Below, in pieces: positions 1 through 12,595 of a DNA stretch of 64,000 bases. How positions within the stretch are numbered: the first letter of the stretch is position 1; each line of letters begins with the position of its first letter. The stretch comes from Eledone cirrhosa (lineage: Eukaryota), in the NCBI GenBank assembly GCA_964016885.1, contig OZ024743.1:317378001-317442000 (forward strand), written 5' to 3'. The notes under the pieces are model-generated. The model did not search any database and had not been told where the DNA came from. It was given only the letters and a program-made list of their open reading frames with translations. The position numbers were made by a program, and so were the translations under genes.

Positions 1-1
1 A

Positions 2-320
2 AACTGCAAAACTAGTGACGTTATATTAAGTACCCCATGTTGCATAGAAAGGCAGTGCAAGGACAACACTAAACCTTATGTGGGTGAAACGGGCCACAAC
101 ATTGGTGAAACAAATTGGAAAACAGTGTAAATATGATGAATAGAAACAGACATCCATACTTTACCAACGTGCCATACAAAAACTGAATGGATCAACAAAC
201 AACACTGAAATATAAATACTTTCCACACATCTGTTAGACCCAACACTCTGACAGAAGCATACAAGAATTAGATTCTGAACCTACGCTCACACTCAGTAGA
301 AAGGATGAGTGGAATAAGAA
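2..320 (+). mobile_element. Degraded Penelope-like retroelement, GIY-YIG endonuclease remnant
   Basis: Frame 2 reads NCKTSDVILSTPCCIERQCKDNTKPYVGETGH, matching the PLE pattern CxTxNVIY..C..C..YVGETG; a downstream LSRKDEWN resembles the LNR end motif; interrupted by stops. Confidence 0.6.
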
Positions 321-504
321 TACCCTACTGCCACAAGCAGCATCACCAGCATTGTAGTAGAATAACAAAAAGAAAAAAAGATTTAAGGCAACTAAATTCA
401 ACCACTGCACACACGCATACACATACATGCATTCATATTGGTGAACATTAAATGGTGATGATGATGACATATATATATATATATATATTGGTGACATGAG
501 AAAA

Positions 505-1015
505 AAAGCACCCACCACCCTGTAAGGTGGTTATGCTGATGACACAAGAAAAAAGTACTTACTACTTTGTAAGGTGGATGTGCTGGTGACGGGAAAAAAG
601 CACATAGTCCACCTTGTAAGGTGGTTGTGTTGTGACATGAAAAAAAAACCTCCCAGTCCACACTGAGGTTGGTATTGGGAAGGGCATCAAACTGTAGAAA
701 CCAAGCCATAATACATATCCATTTGAGCAATACATGGTCACCTCACCTGACTCATGTGTCAACCTGTCTAATCCATGCAAGTGTGGAACAATAGATGTCA
801 AACAGTGATGATGATGGTTATTATATATTTATATATATATATATATATCACATCATCATCGTTTAACGTCCATCTTCCACGCTAGCATAGGTTAGACCGT
901 TTTGTTCCATTTGATGCAGGAATGGTCGGGAGGCCGTGTCTCGCTCGTATGGAAGTATCTCTGGCAGGTTTTTTACAGCTGGATGCCCTTCCTAACACCT
1001 AGGACATCCAGCTGT
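505..1015. mobile_element. Two RTE 3'-end fragments tail-to-tail around (TA)n
   Basis: Motifs ggaagggcatc..ctgtagaaa and ccatgc..ggaa..(gat)n on + (to ~815) and their reverse complement (850-1015); same as the 3' end of the RTE at 5040-5203. Confidence 0.7.
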
Positions 1016-1027
1016 AAAAAAATATAT

Positions 1028-1158
1028 ATATTCATTTTATTAAGGCTGAATAGTAAGTCTTGTTACTTTCACCTGTTTATCACAGGGTCATCCTTGTGGG
1101 AAGCAGGTGAAACTCCAGAGTAACCAGACCTACTATTTAGCCTTAATAAAATGAATAT
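1028..1158. repeat. Fold-back element containing the 3' half of a hammerhead motif
   Basis: Arms atattcattttattaaggct../..agccttaataaaatgaatat; central hairpin cacctg..caggtg followed by GAAA-ctc-ca-gag-TA. Confidence 0.6.
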
Positions 1159-1799
1159 TTAGGCTCTACTTCGGTATTGAATACTCTTTTCTCTCAGCCA
1201 TCGACAATGTACAGATAAATATATATATAGAGAGAGAGAAGTTCTTCAAAAGATAAGACACGCTTGATTCTGAAAGGCTAAAATGAATCACTAAAGCTGC
1301 TAAACCATGTTCCATCCATCCATCTATATCTTCCAGGTATCCCTCTATTTCCCAATTGCAAATGTTCCACTCACACTATTATTGTCGTATTTATCATTTC
1401 ACTAGCCTCCACAACACATTTATTTTTTACCCTCGTTTTCTTTTCCCATGCTGTCTCTCTACGAAGTCATCTACTCCCTTCGAAATCCTAACATTAACAT
1501 TTGGCCTTGCCTAATATAGGTACTCGTATCGGTTTATTTTGCCCTGAGATGCTATAGGCCATGATGGCTACCTATCTCACAATTCCCCTCCCGCCACCAT
1601 AGCCTATTCGACCAATCAAACCTCAGCATGTCTCCCCCACCCATTACCAACCCCAACAAACTCTGCAAGTACTACTACTACCTACCTCTCTCCTCGCCCT
1701 TCCCAGCCCCAACACATCCTGCCATTATTACCACCACTACTGTTCTTCTAGCCCTGAATTCTCCTACTGTTATGTATGGATGAGCTGAGAATAAATGGA

Positions 1800-4700
1800 G
1801 CAACCCTGAATTAATAAATGAATATGAATCCGCGAGCTACCAAGCACCCATGTGAAGCTTCAATTCAGAGACAGGAAGCATACACACACCCCTGCAGAAA
1901 TCGACCCTTTCCCACGAATGTTGACAAATGCTCAAAACTCTGAGTTGGTACCATCAATGTAAGCACAATGAATGGAAGAGCAGGAGAAATCGTAGAGATG
2001 CTAGAGTGAAAGGAAATTGATGTATGCTGTGTGCAAGAGACTAGATGGAGAGGAGAGTCTGCTAGAGTCCTTGTAGGAAAAAGTCAGTGCTACAAATTTT
2101 TCTGGGTGGGAAATGACGATGGGATGGGTGGTGTAAGTATCCTACTAGCTGACAAGTGGGTAGATAAGGTAATCTCAGTGAACAGGGTGAATACAAGAAT
2201 CATTAAACTCAAACTAGTCCTGAATAAAACAATTACCACAATAATATCAGTTTACGCACCCCAATCGGAGTTGCCAGACGAACTTAGGAATAGGTTTTAC
2301 GAGCCCCTAATGCACACTACTGCTCTAACAAACGACAATGACTTCCTAATCATTGCAAGAGATTTTAATGGACACGTAGGTAAACACTGTGACGGCTTCT
2401 ATAGAGTCCATGGAGGCCATGGGGTTGGCACAAGAAATGAAGAAGGATTCAGGCTTCTAGAATTCTGCGACGCCAATGACATGTCAATATGTAACACAAA
2501 CTTCAAAAAACCCGACAACCACCTGATCACCTATAGATCAGGGGAGCATTCTAGTCAGATAGATTTTATCCTCATCAGAGGACGTGACAGATGGACGGTT
2601 GTAAACACAAAAGCCTTCCCTAGTGAGGAATGTACCTCCCAACATAGCTTAGTTGTCAAAACTAGAGGAACCTGGAAACAGAAGCCAACCTGGAGAAGAA
2701 AGATCTGGAAGCTGAAAGACCCTCGGCAAGTAACAGATTTAAAGATATTTTACTCAACGCCTATGACAGTAAAGAACAGATAGAGATATTCAATGTACAA
2801 GAGCACTGGGAGTTCCTAAAAAATAACTTACTAAAGGCGATGGATGACATCTGTGGCTGGAGTAAGACCACAGGCAGGAGGAGAGTGACTTGGTGGTGGA
2901 ACAATAAGGTAGATGAAGCAGTTCAGGTCAAGAGAGAGGCATGGAAAGAATAGAAGAACAGGGGAAGCAGGGTACATTACATAGAGACCGGAGGGAAGCA
3001 GAGGATAGAAAATTCAAGCATGTTTTGCAACGTGAGGACCAGAAACAGGAGGTGTTCAAGATTGCCAGGCAGTGTGTCAGAGAGAATTGTGATGTCATTG
3101 GAGAGAAGTGTATCCGGAATGATAAAGGTGAGCTTGCCCTCACAAGTGCTGAGAAGAAAGATTCGTGGAAGAGCCATTATGACAGATTACTAAATGAGGA
3201 GAATGCATGGGAAGAAGAGACCCTACCCCAAGTAGACCCTATAGAGGGGCCAGCAGCAGCGTAGTAAGTAAGGCAATCAAAGATATGAAGACAGGGAAGG
3301 CAACCGGTCCATCGGGTATAGCTGCCGAGATGCTGAAGGCATCTGGGTCTGTAGGTCACACTATAACCACACGTATTGTTAACCAGGTAATACTAGAAGG
3401 TGTCATACCAAAGGATTGGTGCAGTAGCATCATTGTCAACTGCTACAAAGGTAAAGGTGATGCACTAGATAGAGGAAACTATAGAGGTATAAAGCTGATG
3501 CACCAGGTCATGAAAGTTATGGAAAGAGTTATAGCACAGTTGATTAGGGACCGGGTGAAACTAGATGAGATGCAATTTGGGTTTGTGCCAGGTAGAGGCA
3601 CCACTGATGCCCTCTTCCTTGTATGGCAGATACAGCAAAAGTACCGAGCTAAAAGTAAGCCACTCTACCTGGTATTCGTCGATCTCAAGAAAGCCTTTGA
3701 CAGAGTTCCCCGTGCTATAATCTGGTGGTCTCTTAGAAAACTAGGAGTAGATGAATGGCTTGTGAAAGCTGTACAAGCCATGTATAGGGGAGCAGTCAGC
3801 AAAGTTAGGATTAGCAATGAGTATAGCGAGGAATTTAGCGTACAGGTCGGTATCCACCAGGGCTCTGTTCTTAGCTCTCTCTCCTGTTCATCATAATCCT
3901 GCTGGCAATAACGGAGGAGTTTAAGACCGGATGGCCATGGGAACTTCTGTATGCAGATGATCTCACACTTATAGCTGAATCTATGGCAGAACTAGAGAAG
4001 AAATTCCAAACTTGGAAGCAGGGACTAGAAAGAAAGGGTCTCAAAGTCAACCTGACAAAGACTAAGGTCCTTGTAAGTAGACGAGAAAACAGAACCCAGA
4101 TCCCCTCAGGGAAATGGCCTTGCTCAGTATGTAGGAAAAGTGTAGGTAGGAACTCCATTCTCTGTTCCAAATGCAAACAATGGGTACACAAGAGATGTAG
4201 ATGGATCTCAGGAAGCTTAACTAAAAATGTAGGCTTCACATGTAGCAGCTGTGCTGGGACAGCAAGCAGCAAAAAGCCACAGGAAACAAGTACCACCAAA
4301 CTCTGGGAGGGCTCTGTAGAAACAGTAGACAGCTTCTGCTACCTAGGTGACCAAATTAGTAGCGGAGGTGGGTGTTCAGAAAGTACAATAACTAGGGTAA
4401 GAATGGGATGGAAGAAGTTCAGGGAGCCACTGCTAGCTGCAAAAGGCTTTTCCCTCAAAATGAAAGGCAGACTGTATGATGCGTGTATACGAACAGCAAT
4501 GTTACATGGTAGTGAGATGTGGGCGCTGTCTGTGGAAGACTTGCGTAGATTAGAAAGAAACAAAGCCTGCATGCTCCGATGGATGTGTAATAGTAATATA
4601 TGCAAACGGCAAAGCATAAATGAATTGAGAGAGAGACTGGGCATAAGAGGAATCAAATGCTGTGTGCAGGAGAGGCGGTTGCGTTGGTATGGACGTGATG

Positions 4701-5203
4701 CATATGAAGGATGACAGCTGCATAAAAAGGTGCAGTGCACTAGAAGTCGATGGAAACCACGGCGTGGGGAGACCCAAGAAGACCTGGGATGAGGTGATAA
4801 AAGCCGACCTTACCCAATTACACCTCTCAAAGGCGATGACACGACCGTGACCTCTGGCGTCACGCAGTAATACAGAAAACCCAACCCCCCACGGGTACAA
4901 GCTGAAGCATATAGACAATATGCCCCCACTCCCTCCCACTGCAAAGTGGTCGTGGAGGTGCCACGGCAAAAAAGCACCCAGCCCACACTGTAAAGTGGAC
5001 GTGTAGGCGCCACGGAAAAAGCACCCAGCACTCACTGTAAATGAGGTTGGTGTTAGGAAGGGCATCCAGCTGTAGAAATCAAGCCAAAATCAGTTCCCGT
5101 ATGAGCAAGACAAGGTCAGCTGACCGGACACTGCCCACAACAGGACAACCCGTCTAACCCATGCTAGCGTGGAAGAGCGGACGTAAAACGGTGATGATGA
5201 TGA
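1800..5203 (+). mobile_element. Near full-length RTE-clade LINE (APE endonuclease, RT, PHD-like finger), disabled
   Basis: VQETRW, SVYAPQ, DFNGHVG, SQIDFIL (APE); QFGFVPGRGTTDA, FVDLKKAFDRVP, GIHQGSVLS, LLYADD (RT); RRLRWYG, GRPKKTW; (GAT)n tail; several frameshifts and stops; 5' boundary approximate. Confidence 0.95.
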
Positions 5204-5281
5204 GGGAGAGATAAAATCCTGACTGTAGGGCCAAGCGGTTTTGGCTTGTGTGTTCAGCAAGCCTTTGAAAATGAGACAGGG

Positions 5282-5680
5282 AGGTGAGTGTGACTAGAGT
5301 GAAGGACTGCTAGTTTGTAGAGACTGGTGAGTGTGACTAGAGTGAAAGGCTGATAGTTTGTAGAGACTGTGGTGAGTGTGACTAGAGTGAAGGACTGCTA
5401 GTTTGTAGAGACTGGTGAGTGTGACTAGAGTGAAGGACTGATAGTTTGTAGAGACTGTGGTGAGTGTGACTAGAGTGAAGGACTGATAGTTTGTAGAGAC
5501 TGGTGAGTGTGACTAGAGTGAACGGCTGATAGTGTGTAGAGACTATGGTGAGTGTGACTAGAGTGAAGGGACTGCTAGTTTGTAGAGACTGGTGAGTGTG
5601 ACTAGAGTGAAGGATGCTAGTTTGTAGAGACTGTTGAGTGTGACTAGAGTGGAGGGATGATAGTTTGTAGAGACTGGTGA
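5282..5680. repeat. Minisatellite, ~43-47 bp unit, ~9 copies
   Basis: ggtgagtgtgactagagtgaaggactgctagtttgtagagact repeated. Confidence 0.9.
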
Positions 5681-5789
5681 GGGAATGGTTGATGATGGTG
5701 GAACTGTTGATTGGAAAATTCTTGGTGAACATCATCTCAGGATACACCCAACAAGTAGTTCAGAGTGTTGAGAAAAAAACAGGTTTTGG

Positions 5790-6530
5790 TGTGTTATAGA
5801 GAAGATAAATGAAAACATGAAAGATGATGAAGTTATCATGATAGGCAAGGATTTGTATGGACATGTAGTAAGGAGTAAAGGTGGCTTTGGGGGCTTCATG
5901 TATGGTGTGAGGAATGAAGATGGTGAAAGGACTTTTGGTGTTTGCTGATAGAGCTATGTCAATTTGTATCACTCAATTCTAGAAAGAGGGCAACAAATTT
6001 GTTACATACACATCAGATGAGGCATTGTCAACTGTTGACTATCTATTGGTATATGGGTGAGATAGGAGGATCTTTCATGTTATAAAGGTAATCCCAGAGG
6101 AGGAGATAGTTACACGGCACCATCTAGTTGTCTGTGATCTGGGTATAAAAGCTAAGAGGAGAGCTTAGCAGAGGAAATATCAATGAGGAGGGGAGTATTG
6201 CTGAAACTGAAGGGAAATGTGTATACTGCATGTGTAAGAGACATGAGTGATGAACATGGAATAACAGAGAAGGCTGAAAAGAACAGAAATGGGAATGGTC
6301 TGGTTGATGGGGAGAGTATTGCTCAGAGAGAGAAAGTGAAAGACAATCAATGAATTGCAGAGGATGGTGGGAATAGAATCAGTGATGAATGTTGGGAAGA
6401 GCAATGGGATGAGGTGGTTGGGTCATGTGTTGAAAAGGGATGAAAATGACTGAGGACTTAGAGGAGTGATGGAAAGGAATGTGGAAGAAAGGAGAAGACT
6501 GAAAGATAAATGGCTAAAGATGATAGGTGT
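5790..6530 (+). mobile_element. Old, internally deleted RTE LINE remnant
   Basis: Eroded endonuclease motifs (GHV, HGG.G.G.RNEDGE, HHLVVCDL) joined to a RWLGHVLKR 3' region. Confidence 0.55.
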
Positions 6531-6534
6531 AGAC

Positions 6535-6850
6535 CAGGGGCGTGCAATCCAGACCAGTCAGAGTGGCCCGCAGTGACCGTTTTCAATTTTTACCTTGTAG
6601 GCTTATTTAGAATTTTTTTCGTAACCATAATACAATTTTCTGTTAGTTGACCTATACCAAATACCAAGTCTCACATTAATAAAACTAAATTATATTTTAT
6701 TTGCCTTTATTGTTTAAAAATGTATTCACAATGTATTTATGACTCAATTCACTGGTTTTCATTAGATTACATATTTTTGATAGTGACTGGCTCTAATAGT
6801 TGTTCCAATGTTCAAAAGTGAGCACCAATGGAATATGTTGCACACCCCTG
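6535..6850. mobile_element. hAT (Charlie-type) MITE
   Basis: TIRs caggggcgtgcaa / ttgcacacccctg; exact 8-bp TSD gtgtagac at 6527-6534 and 6851-6858. Confidence 0.9.
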
Positions 6851-7027
6851 GTGTAGACGATAGGGGGAAAAGGAAAAGGTTGTCTGGGGCATGCAAGACT
6901 AACTCCTGCTTTAACAGGGAAAAATGGACTGAAAACGCCTGTGGTTTTATATATATATATATATAGACACAAACACATACACGCATTCACACATACGTAT
7001 ATGTACACACACACACACACACACACA

Positions 7028-7236
7028 CAGTCTTCCAAAAAACTGTATACACTCGGCAGGAAAAGAAAAACTTGTATAAATATTTAACTTGTTTAAATAC
7101 CTCTATAAATATAAATACCTCTTTTAAAAGTTTGATCAAATTACAATAACACTGTGTACTGTAGTAAATTACTATTAAAATATTTATACATTTTTTTTCT
7201 TTTCCTGAAGTGTGTAAATACTTTATTGGCAGACTC
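7028..7236. mobile_element. Tc1/mariner-like MITE
   Basis: Imperfect TIRs cagtcttccaaaaaactgtatacac / gtgtaaatactttattggcagactct within CA/TG microsatellite. Confidence 0.5.
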
Positions 7237-7561
7237 TGTGTGTGTGTCTATATATATATATTTGTGTGTGTGTGTATAGCTGGCAGGCTGAGTAGTTAGT
7301 GTCCAGACCTCCACTCCTATCTCCTGCAACACTGAGGTAAACTACATATCCATGTTTTTCAGATGTGCCCAACCTCAACCTGATGCTACTAAACATTGTA
7401 CTGAATTTTGATACTAGTATGCCCTCAGTCAATTTTGGTGAGATGCCTGCCATGTTTCATTTGGTTTTAGTTTCATGCTTTGTTTTTAACATTTTCTTCT
7501 GTTCTGGTCTAGATTAAACCATTTAGCAGTATAGCTTATATGAAGCATTGTAAGATATGTG

Positions 7562-8005
7562 GTTATGATTGTTATGGGAAAGCCAGTACAATACAGGTTA
7601 AAAATACAAGAGTAAAAACTAGAGTAGGGTAAAGTCAGAAAAAGAAAAACAAAACATTAGTTTATATTTTTACCTTGTATTCAGAGCCTGATTTATCAGG
7701 GGCAGTGCAAGTGAATGCCCTGGGCACTCCTTGTCAAACAAAGCCTCCTCTAGGAACTGTCATAAAAAAAAATGACTGAACTGACCTGGGTTCCCCAAAC
7801 CTGAACTGCCCTGTCCCCCCCCCCTCCCCCCTGGTTTTATATTTCATGAATTTCTGAGGCAATAAAGCATAAAAAAGGTGCATTAATCTCAAAATATTGT
7901 GAAATATAAGATAAAAGTATAAACTGTTGTTTTGTTTTTATTGCTTTACTCTATTCTACTCTTGTATTTCTAACTTACATTACTGGCTTTCACAAAACAA
8001 TCGTA
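7562..8005. mobile_element. Long-TIR (~120 bp) non-autonomous element
   Basis: gttatgattgttatgggaaagccagta..aaatacaagagt at the left end is inverted at the right end; same family at 34635-35398. Confidence 0.6.
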
Positions 8006-8786
8006 AACAATTTTGTAAAGCCACTAAATTCCACTGCCTTTCTTTAGGTTTTACAACTGACTGCATGTCTTCTTTGAATAGTGTGACATGATCACTTTTC
8101 ACTTTCTTTCTCTTAATTTTCTTTCTTTTCTAATATTCTGCTTTATTTTGCTCCAAATAAGTTTGTCAAAATTCACTTTGGAAAAATATTCAGAGGGAAG
8201 ATTTTTTAACTCTTAATATCCTGTAAGAAAATTGGTGGCATTTGAATAAAGATTTTCATTTTTATGTAATGTAATCATAATGCTGTTTTGTACTTTCCAA
8301 GATCTTGCTAATGAAATTTTATATGGTACAAGATGTTATGAGTTAATTCAAAGGTTTATAGTATCCTGACTAGTGGAGAAATTAGTGTAAAAATTAGAGT
8401 ATGGACTTCAGTGTTTCAAGTTTCATGTGATACAGAACATCAAAAAGTAGAAGTTAATACCCGAGTGTAGTGCCCAAATACATCATTGTGAAATAGGACA
8501 TTAAAAGGGAGGACTCAATACCTTAGTGTGTGGTCCAGACATCCATTAGCTACTGCAATACAGGACTTTAAAAGGTAGAACTCAATACCTGAGTGTGGTG
8601 TCCAGACACATCCATTAGGATTCAATAACTGAGTGATATAGGACATTAAAAGGTAGGACTCAATATCAGGGTGTAGTCCCAAGACATATCCATTAACTAC
8701 TGTTATCCATGTCTATCCATTCACTGGTAAAGAGATGAATTACTATATACATCAACATGCATCAATCTAAGTCATGTTTCCTTTAT

Positions 8787-9051
8787 AGAAATATCACTAA
8801 CTTTAACCCTTTCATGATCAGATTTCTAGAAATATCACTAGCTTGAACCCTTTCCTGACCAGATTTCTAGAAATATCACTAGCTTTAACCAATTTATGAC
8901 CAGATTTCTAGAAATATCACTAGCTTTAACCATTACATGACCAGATTTCTAGAAATGTCACTACCTTTAACCCTTTCATGACCAGATTTCTAGAAATATC
9001 ACTAGCTTTAACCAATTTATGACCAGATTTCTAGAAATATCACTAGCTTTA
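8787..9051. repeat. Minisatellite, ~42 bp unit, from the left end of a TTAA MITE
   Basis: ttaaccctttcatgaccagatttctagaaatatcactagct repeated ~6 times and continuing into MITE body sequence. Confidence 0.8.
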
Positions 9052-9409
9052 ATTTATACATTGTGTATGTGTTTCAATATATTTTGAAACTAATCCATTA
9101 TGTTGAAGAGGTTTAATAAAATAAGTAACTGTCTCATTATCAAGCTGGTGTTTTGAACATAACTTAACAAAGGGGTTAGTCTTGACAATATTTTGTATTT
9201 CTATGTTAGTATATACAAAATTGTATTCTCCTTCATCGTGGCTGACTCTGTTTCAACACACTTTAACCATATTTCTTTGTAATTGAATCCAGCAGGCTTC
9301 CATTTTTACTACAATGAAAAATAGTTTGGAGCTCAGTAAGATACTTCTTCTTCTGCATACTAATATAAGTACTAGTAAGTAACTAAAATAGTCATAATGA
9401 TGATTTCTG

Positions 9410-9597
9410 ATTTAGGCACAAGGCCAGCAATTTTGGGGGAGAGGAAAGTTGATTAAATTGACACCAGTGCATTACTGGTACTTTCGTTTACCGACCCCGT
9501 ATAGGTAACCTCGGTGGGATTTGAACCCAGAACGTAAAGGGCCATAACTATGCAGTGAAGCAGGGTGTCCGATGCTCTACCAATACTGCCAATCCAA
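9410..9597 (-). mobile_element. tRNA-derived SINE (family A)
   Basis: Reverse complement has an A-box-like ggcagtattggtagagc and B-box ggttcaaatccc; many further copies (9840-10040, 42450-42600, 43078-43260, 51595-51745, 51975-52150, 56270-56450). Confidence 0.75.
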
Positions 9598-9666
9598 CAA
9601 CTGGTGAACACTGATGATCACAAAATAAGTATATTACTGTAAAGCATTTAGGCTGGTTTGCTGTTT

Positions 9667-9832
9667 TTACTACTACTACTACAACTACTACTACCACCTC
9701 CACTACTACCACCTCCACCCCTGCCACCACCATTATTACTACTACTACTACTATTTCTACTACTATTTCTACTACTAGTATTACTACTACCACTGCTGCT
9801 ACTACTACTACTAATAATAATAATAATAATAA
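9667..9832. repeat. Compound trinucleotide microsatellite (TAC/CAC/TAA)
   Basis: Direct inspection. Confidence 0.9.
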
Positions 9833-11329
9833 TTTCTTACTTAGGCACAAGGCCACCAATTTGCAGGGTCGAGGGAAAGTCGATAAAATTGACTCCAGTA
9901 TTCGACTGATACTTTATTATCTTGATACCAGAAACATGAAAGGCAAAGTTGATATGGACAGGATTTGAACTCAGAATGTAAAGAGTCATAACTAAATACC
10001 GTAAAGCATTTTGTCTGATGTTCTACCAATTCTCCCAAGCAGGAAATTTTTAAAAAAATGGTCTAATGTCTGTCTCGAGCCTGAAGGCTCATCAGGCCTG
10101 TGCTTATCCCGGCTTTTCATGACATGAAGCAACTGAGAGTACAACAGTAACAACAACAATAAGGATGTATTTTGTTTGCACTTTCTGTTTCTTTTGAATC
10201 ATCATTACCATCATTATCATTTTACATTCATTTTATATGCTGTGGCATGGTTTGGACAGGTTAAAACAGACTGCAGAACCATATCTCATACTTTCCCTAT
10301 TTTCCATTAGTCTCTATGGCTGAGTGCCCTTCCTAATGCCAATCACTTTACAGGGTGTACAGGGTGCATTTGATCATGTCACAGCACTACCACCTTGAAT
10401 GAGGATCTGTGTTCAACAGGTTGGATTGTGGCCATGGTGGGGCACCACCTTGAATGAGGAGCTGTAATCAACATGTTGGATTAAGGGTTCAACTTTGGCC
10501 ATGCTGGGGTACTTCATTAAAGGAGTGTGTTTGATTACATATTCTTTCAAGTCTGGTACTCATTTTATTGATCCCTTTTTGTCCAACTACTAAGTTACAG
10601 GACACAGACACAATCATAAATATAAACACACATGTATTTTTTTTTTTCATATAGAAATGACCTCTGTAGGACTAGAACTGTTTCATTTATTTAAACAGTT
10701 CAAGTCCCATAGAAATCATTTCTATAAAAATCTGCCGTCTCATTTAATTGTGATTCTCTGTTCTTGCTCAGATCCCTTTACCACTCATCCATGTCTATGT
10801 CCAGGTATGGCTAGGATGTAGAAGAATAGAAGATTGCTACATTTGTACAATGATGGGGCTAGAAGTTAGTTGATGGTTAAAAATTTATTGACCAAGAAAG
10901 GAAAGATTATAGAGGAAGATGAAAGATCCTTTGGGTACTTCAGAGTTGTTAATGTTGTGTTTTTTCATGTAGTGGTCATGAGGATAAACAGATATTGGGT
11001 ATCTACTAATATCATTTCTCTTGTACAATATACCCGAATATCTGAATTTATTTCTTTTAATGTTTGAATTAATAAACATGCTTCTTTCTGAGCGAAAAAT
11101 AGTTTGTATGTGGCCTACATGTGAAGTGTGGTGTTGTATAATAGATGACATGTGAAGTGTGATGTATGGCAGTGAGACATGGTTGGTGAATATAGATGAC
11201 ATGTCCTACATGTGAAGTGTGTTGTATGGCATTGAGACATGGTTGGTGAATACAAATGACATGTGGCCTACATGTGAAGTGTGGTGTTGTATGGTAATGA
11301 GACATGGTTGGTGAATATAGATAACATGT

Positions 11330-11945
11330 GAAAACTGGATTGAAGGGAGTTGCATGTCTTGTTGGATGTGTAATGAATAACGAAGTATGGATGAACAGAA
11401 AGAAAAACTAAGCATAAGAAGAACGAGATCTTGTATGCAGAAGACATGATTGAACAGGTATATAAATATGGATGATGGCCATTGGGTGAAAAAGTGCCAT
11501 GAAATCCTGGTGGAATGGAGCAGCAGTAGAGAAAAACTAAGGAAAACCTGGACGGAGATGATGAGAGCTGATCTCAAAATGGTGAACCTCGCAAAGGAAA
11601 TATTGAAGAAAGACAAGAAGTGGAGATAAACTGTACTGAAGAAAACCTGTCTAGCCCATGCTGGCATAGAAAAGCTGTCTCCAACCAATGCTGGCATAGA
11701 AAACCTGTCCAACCAATGCCATCATAGAAAACTTGTCCAACCCATGTCAACATAGAAAACCTGGCTGACCCATGCTGACATAGAAAATCTGTCTGACCCA
11801 TGCTGACATAGAAAATCTGTCCGACCCATGCTGACATAGAAAATCAGTCCGACCCATGCTGGCATAGAAAATCTGTCCGACTCATGCTGGCATTGAAAAT
11901 CTGTCCAATCCATGCCAACAAAGAAATAAAGCATAATATGATGAT
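11330..11945 (+). mobile_element. Degraded RTE 3' fragment ending in a ~30-bp tandem array
   Basis: Eroded RTE C-terminal motifs (CWMCN, RKTW.EM..ADL), then ccatgctgacatagaaaatctgtccgac repeated ~9 times (11645-11920) and a gat tail. Confidence 0.7.
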
Positions 11946-12344
11946 GTTGTAGGAGGAAAAGATATTAGATATCCACTAATGTGATTTCTCTTAGACAATA
12001 TACCTAAATAGCATCATTATTGTCATAATCATAACCACCATCATCATTTTACACATGCTTTCTTTGCTGGATTAAGTTGAATGGGTTATCATTGCTCTAG
12101 ACAAAACATTGTTGGATAAACTGTCTTGCTCATATGTCCCATATATTTATCTCTTTTAATGTTTAAAATAAATAAACATACTTTCATCTCCATAACAAAT
12201 ATTGGTTTATTTCAGAAAAGCAGATTACCAGAGTTATATAGAAACAGTTGAAATAAGGTTGTGTAATTATGTGACATTAATGCCTTTGCATTGGAAAATG
12301 CTGATGTTTGGTTGATTGATCTAGAAAAACATTTCAGACTAACT

Positions 12345-12595
12345 TAAACTTAGAAGCTGTCGTGTCTTGAGGCATATGAGACAGCAAAAGTGTTCCAATG
12401 ACCACGGTCAGTTGCATCTATCAATACATTGTTCCAACTTTTGTTGACGGTTTTCAGGTCTCTGTTGATTGCTGTCAGTAAATCTTGGGATGCCCACTCC
12501 GCCTCTTTCCATGGCTACCAATACAGAACCTGATTAGCATGTCTCTCTCTTGGGAGTCATGTGACGTGTTTCATCCAGCCAAATCAACACTTGCA
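12345..12595 (-). mobile_element. 3' end of another RTE/RTEX-type LINE
   Basis: Minus strand gives LPRERHANQVLYW and TAINRDLKTVNKSWNNVLIDATDRGHW, ending in ctaagtttaagt. Confidence 0.55.

Noticed and set aside
9548-9909. Poly-Val/Leu/Pro ORFs
   Set aside because: Translations of trinucleotide microsatellite
10070-10097. CTGATGA-gcc..ggc on the minus strand as a hammerhead
   Set aside because: It is the 3' tail stem-loop of the family B SINE; no GAAA, stem III or stem I
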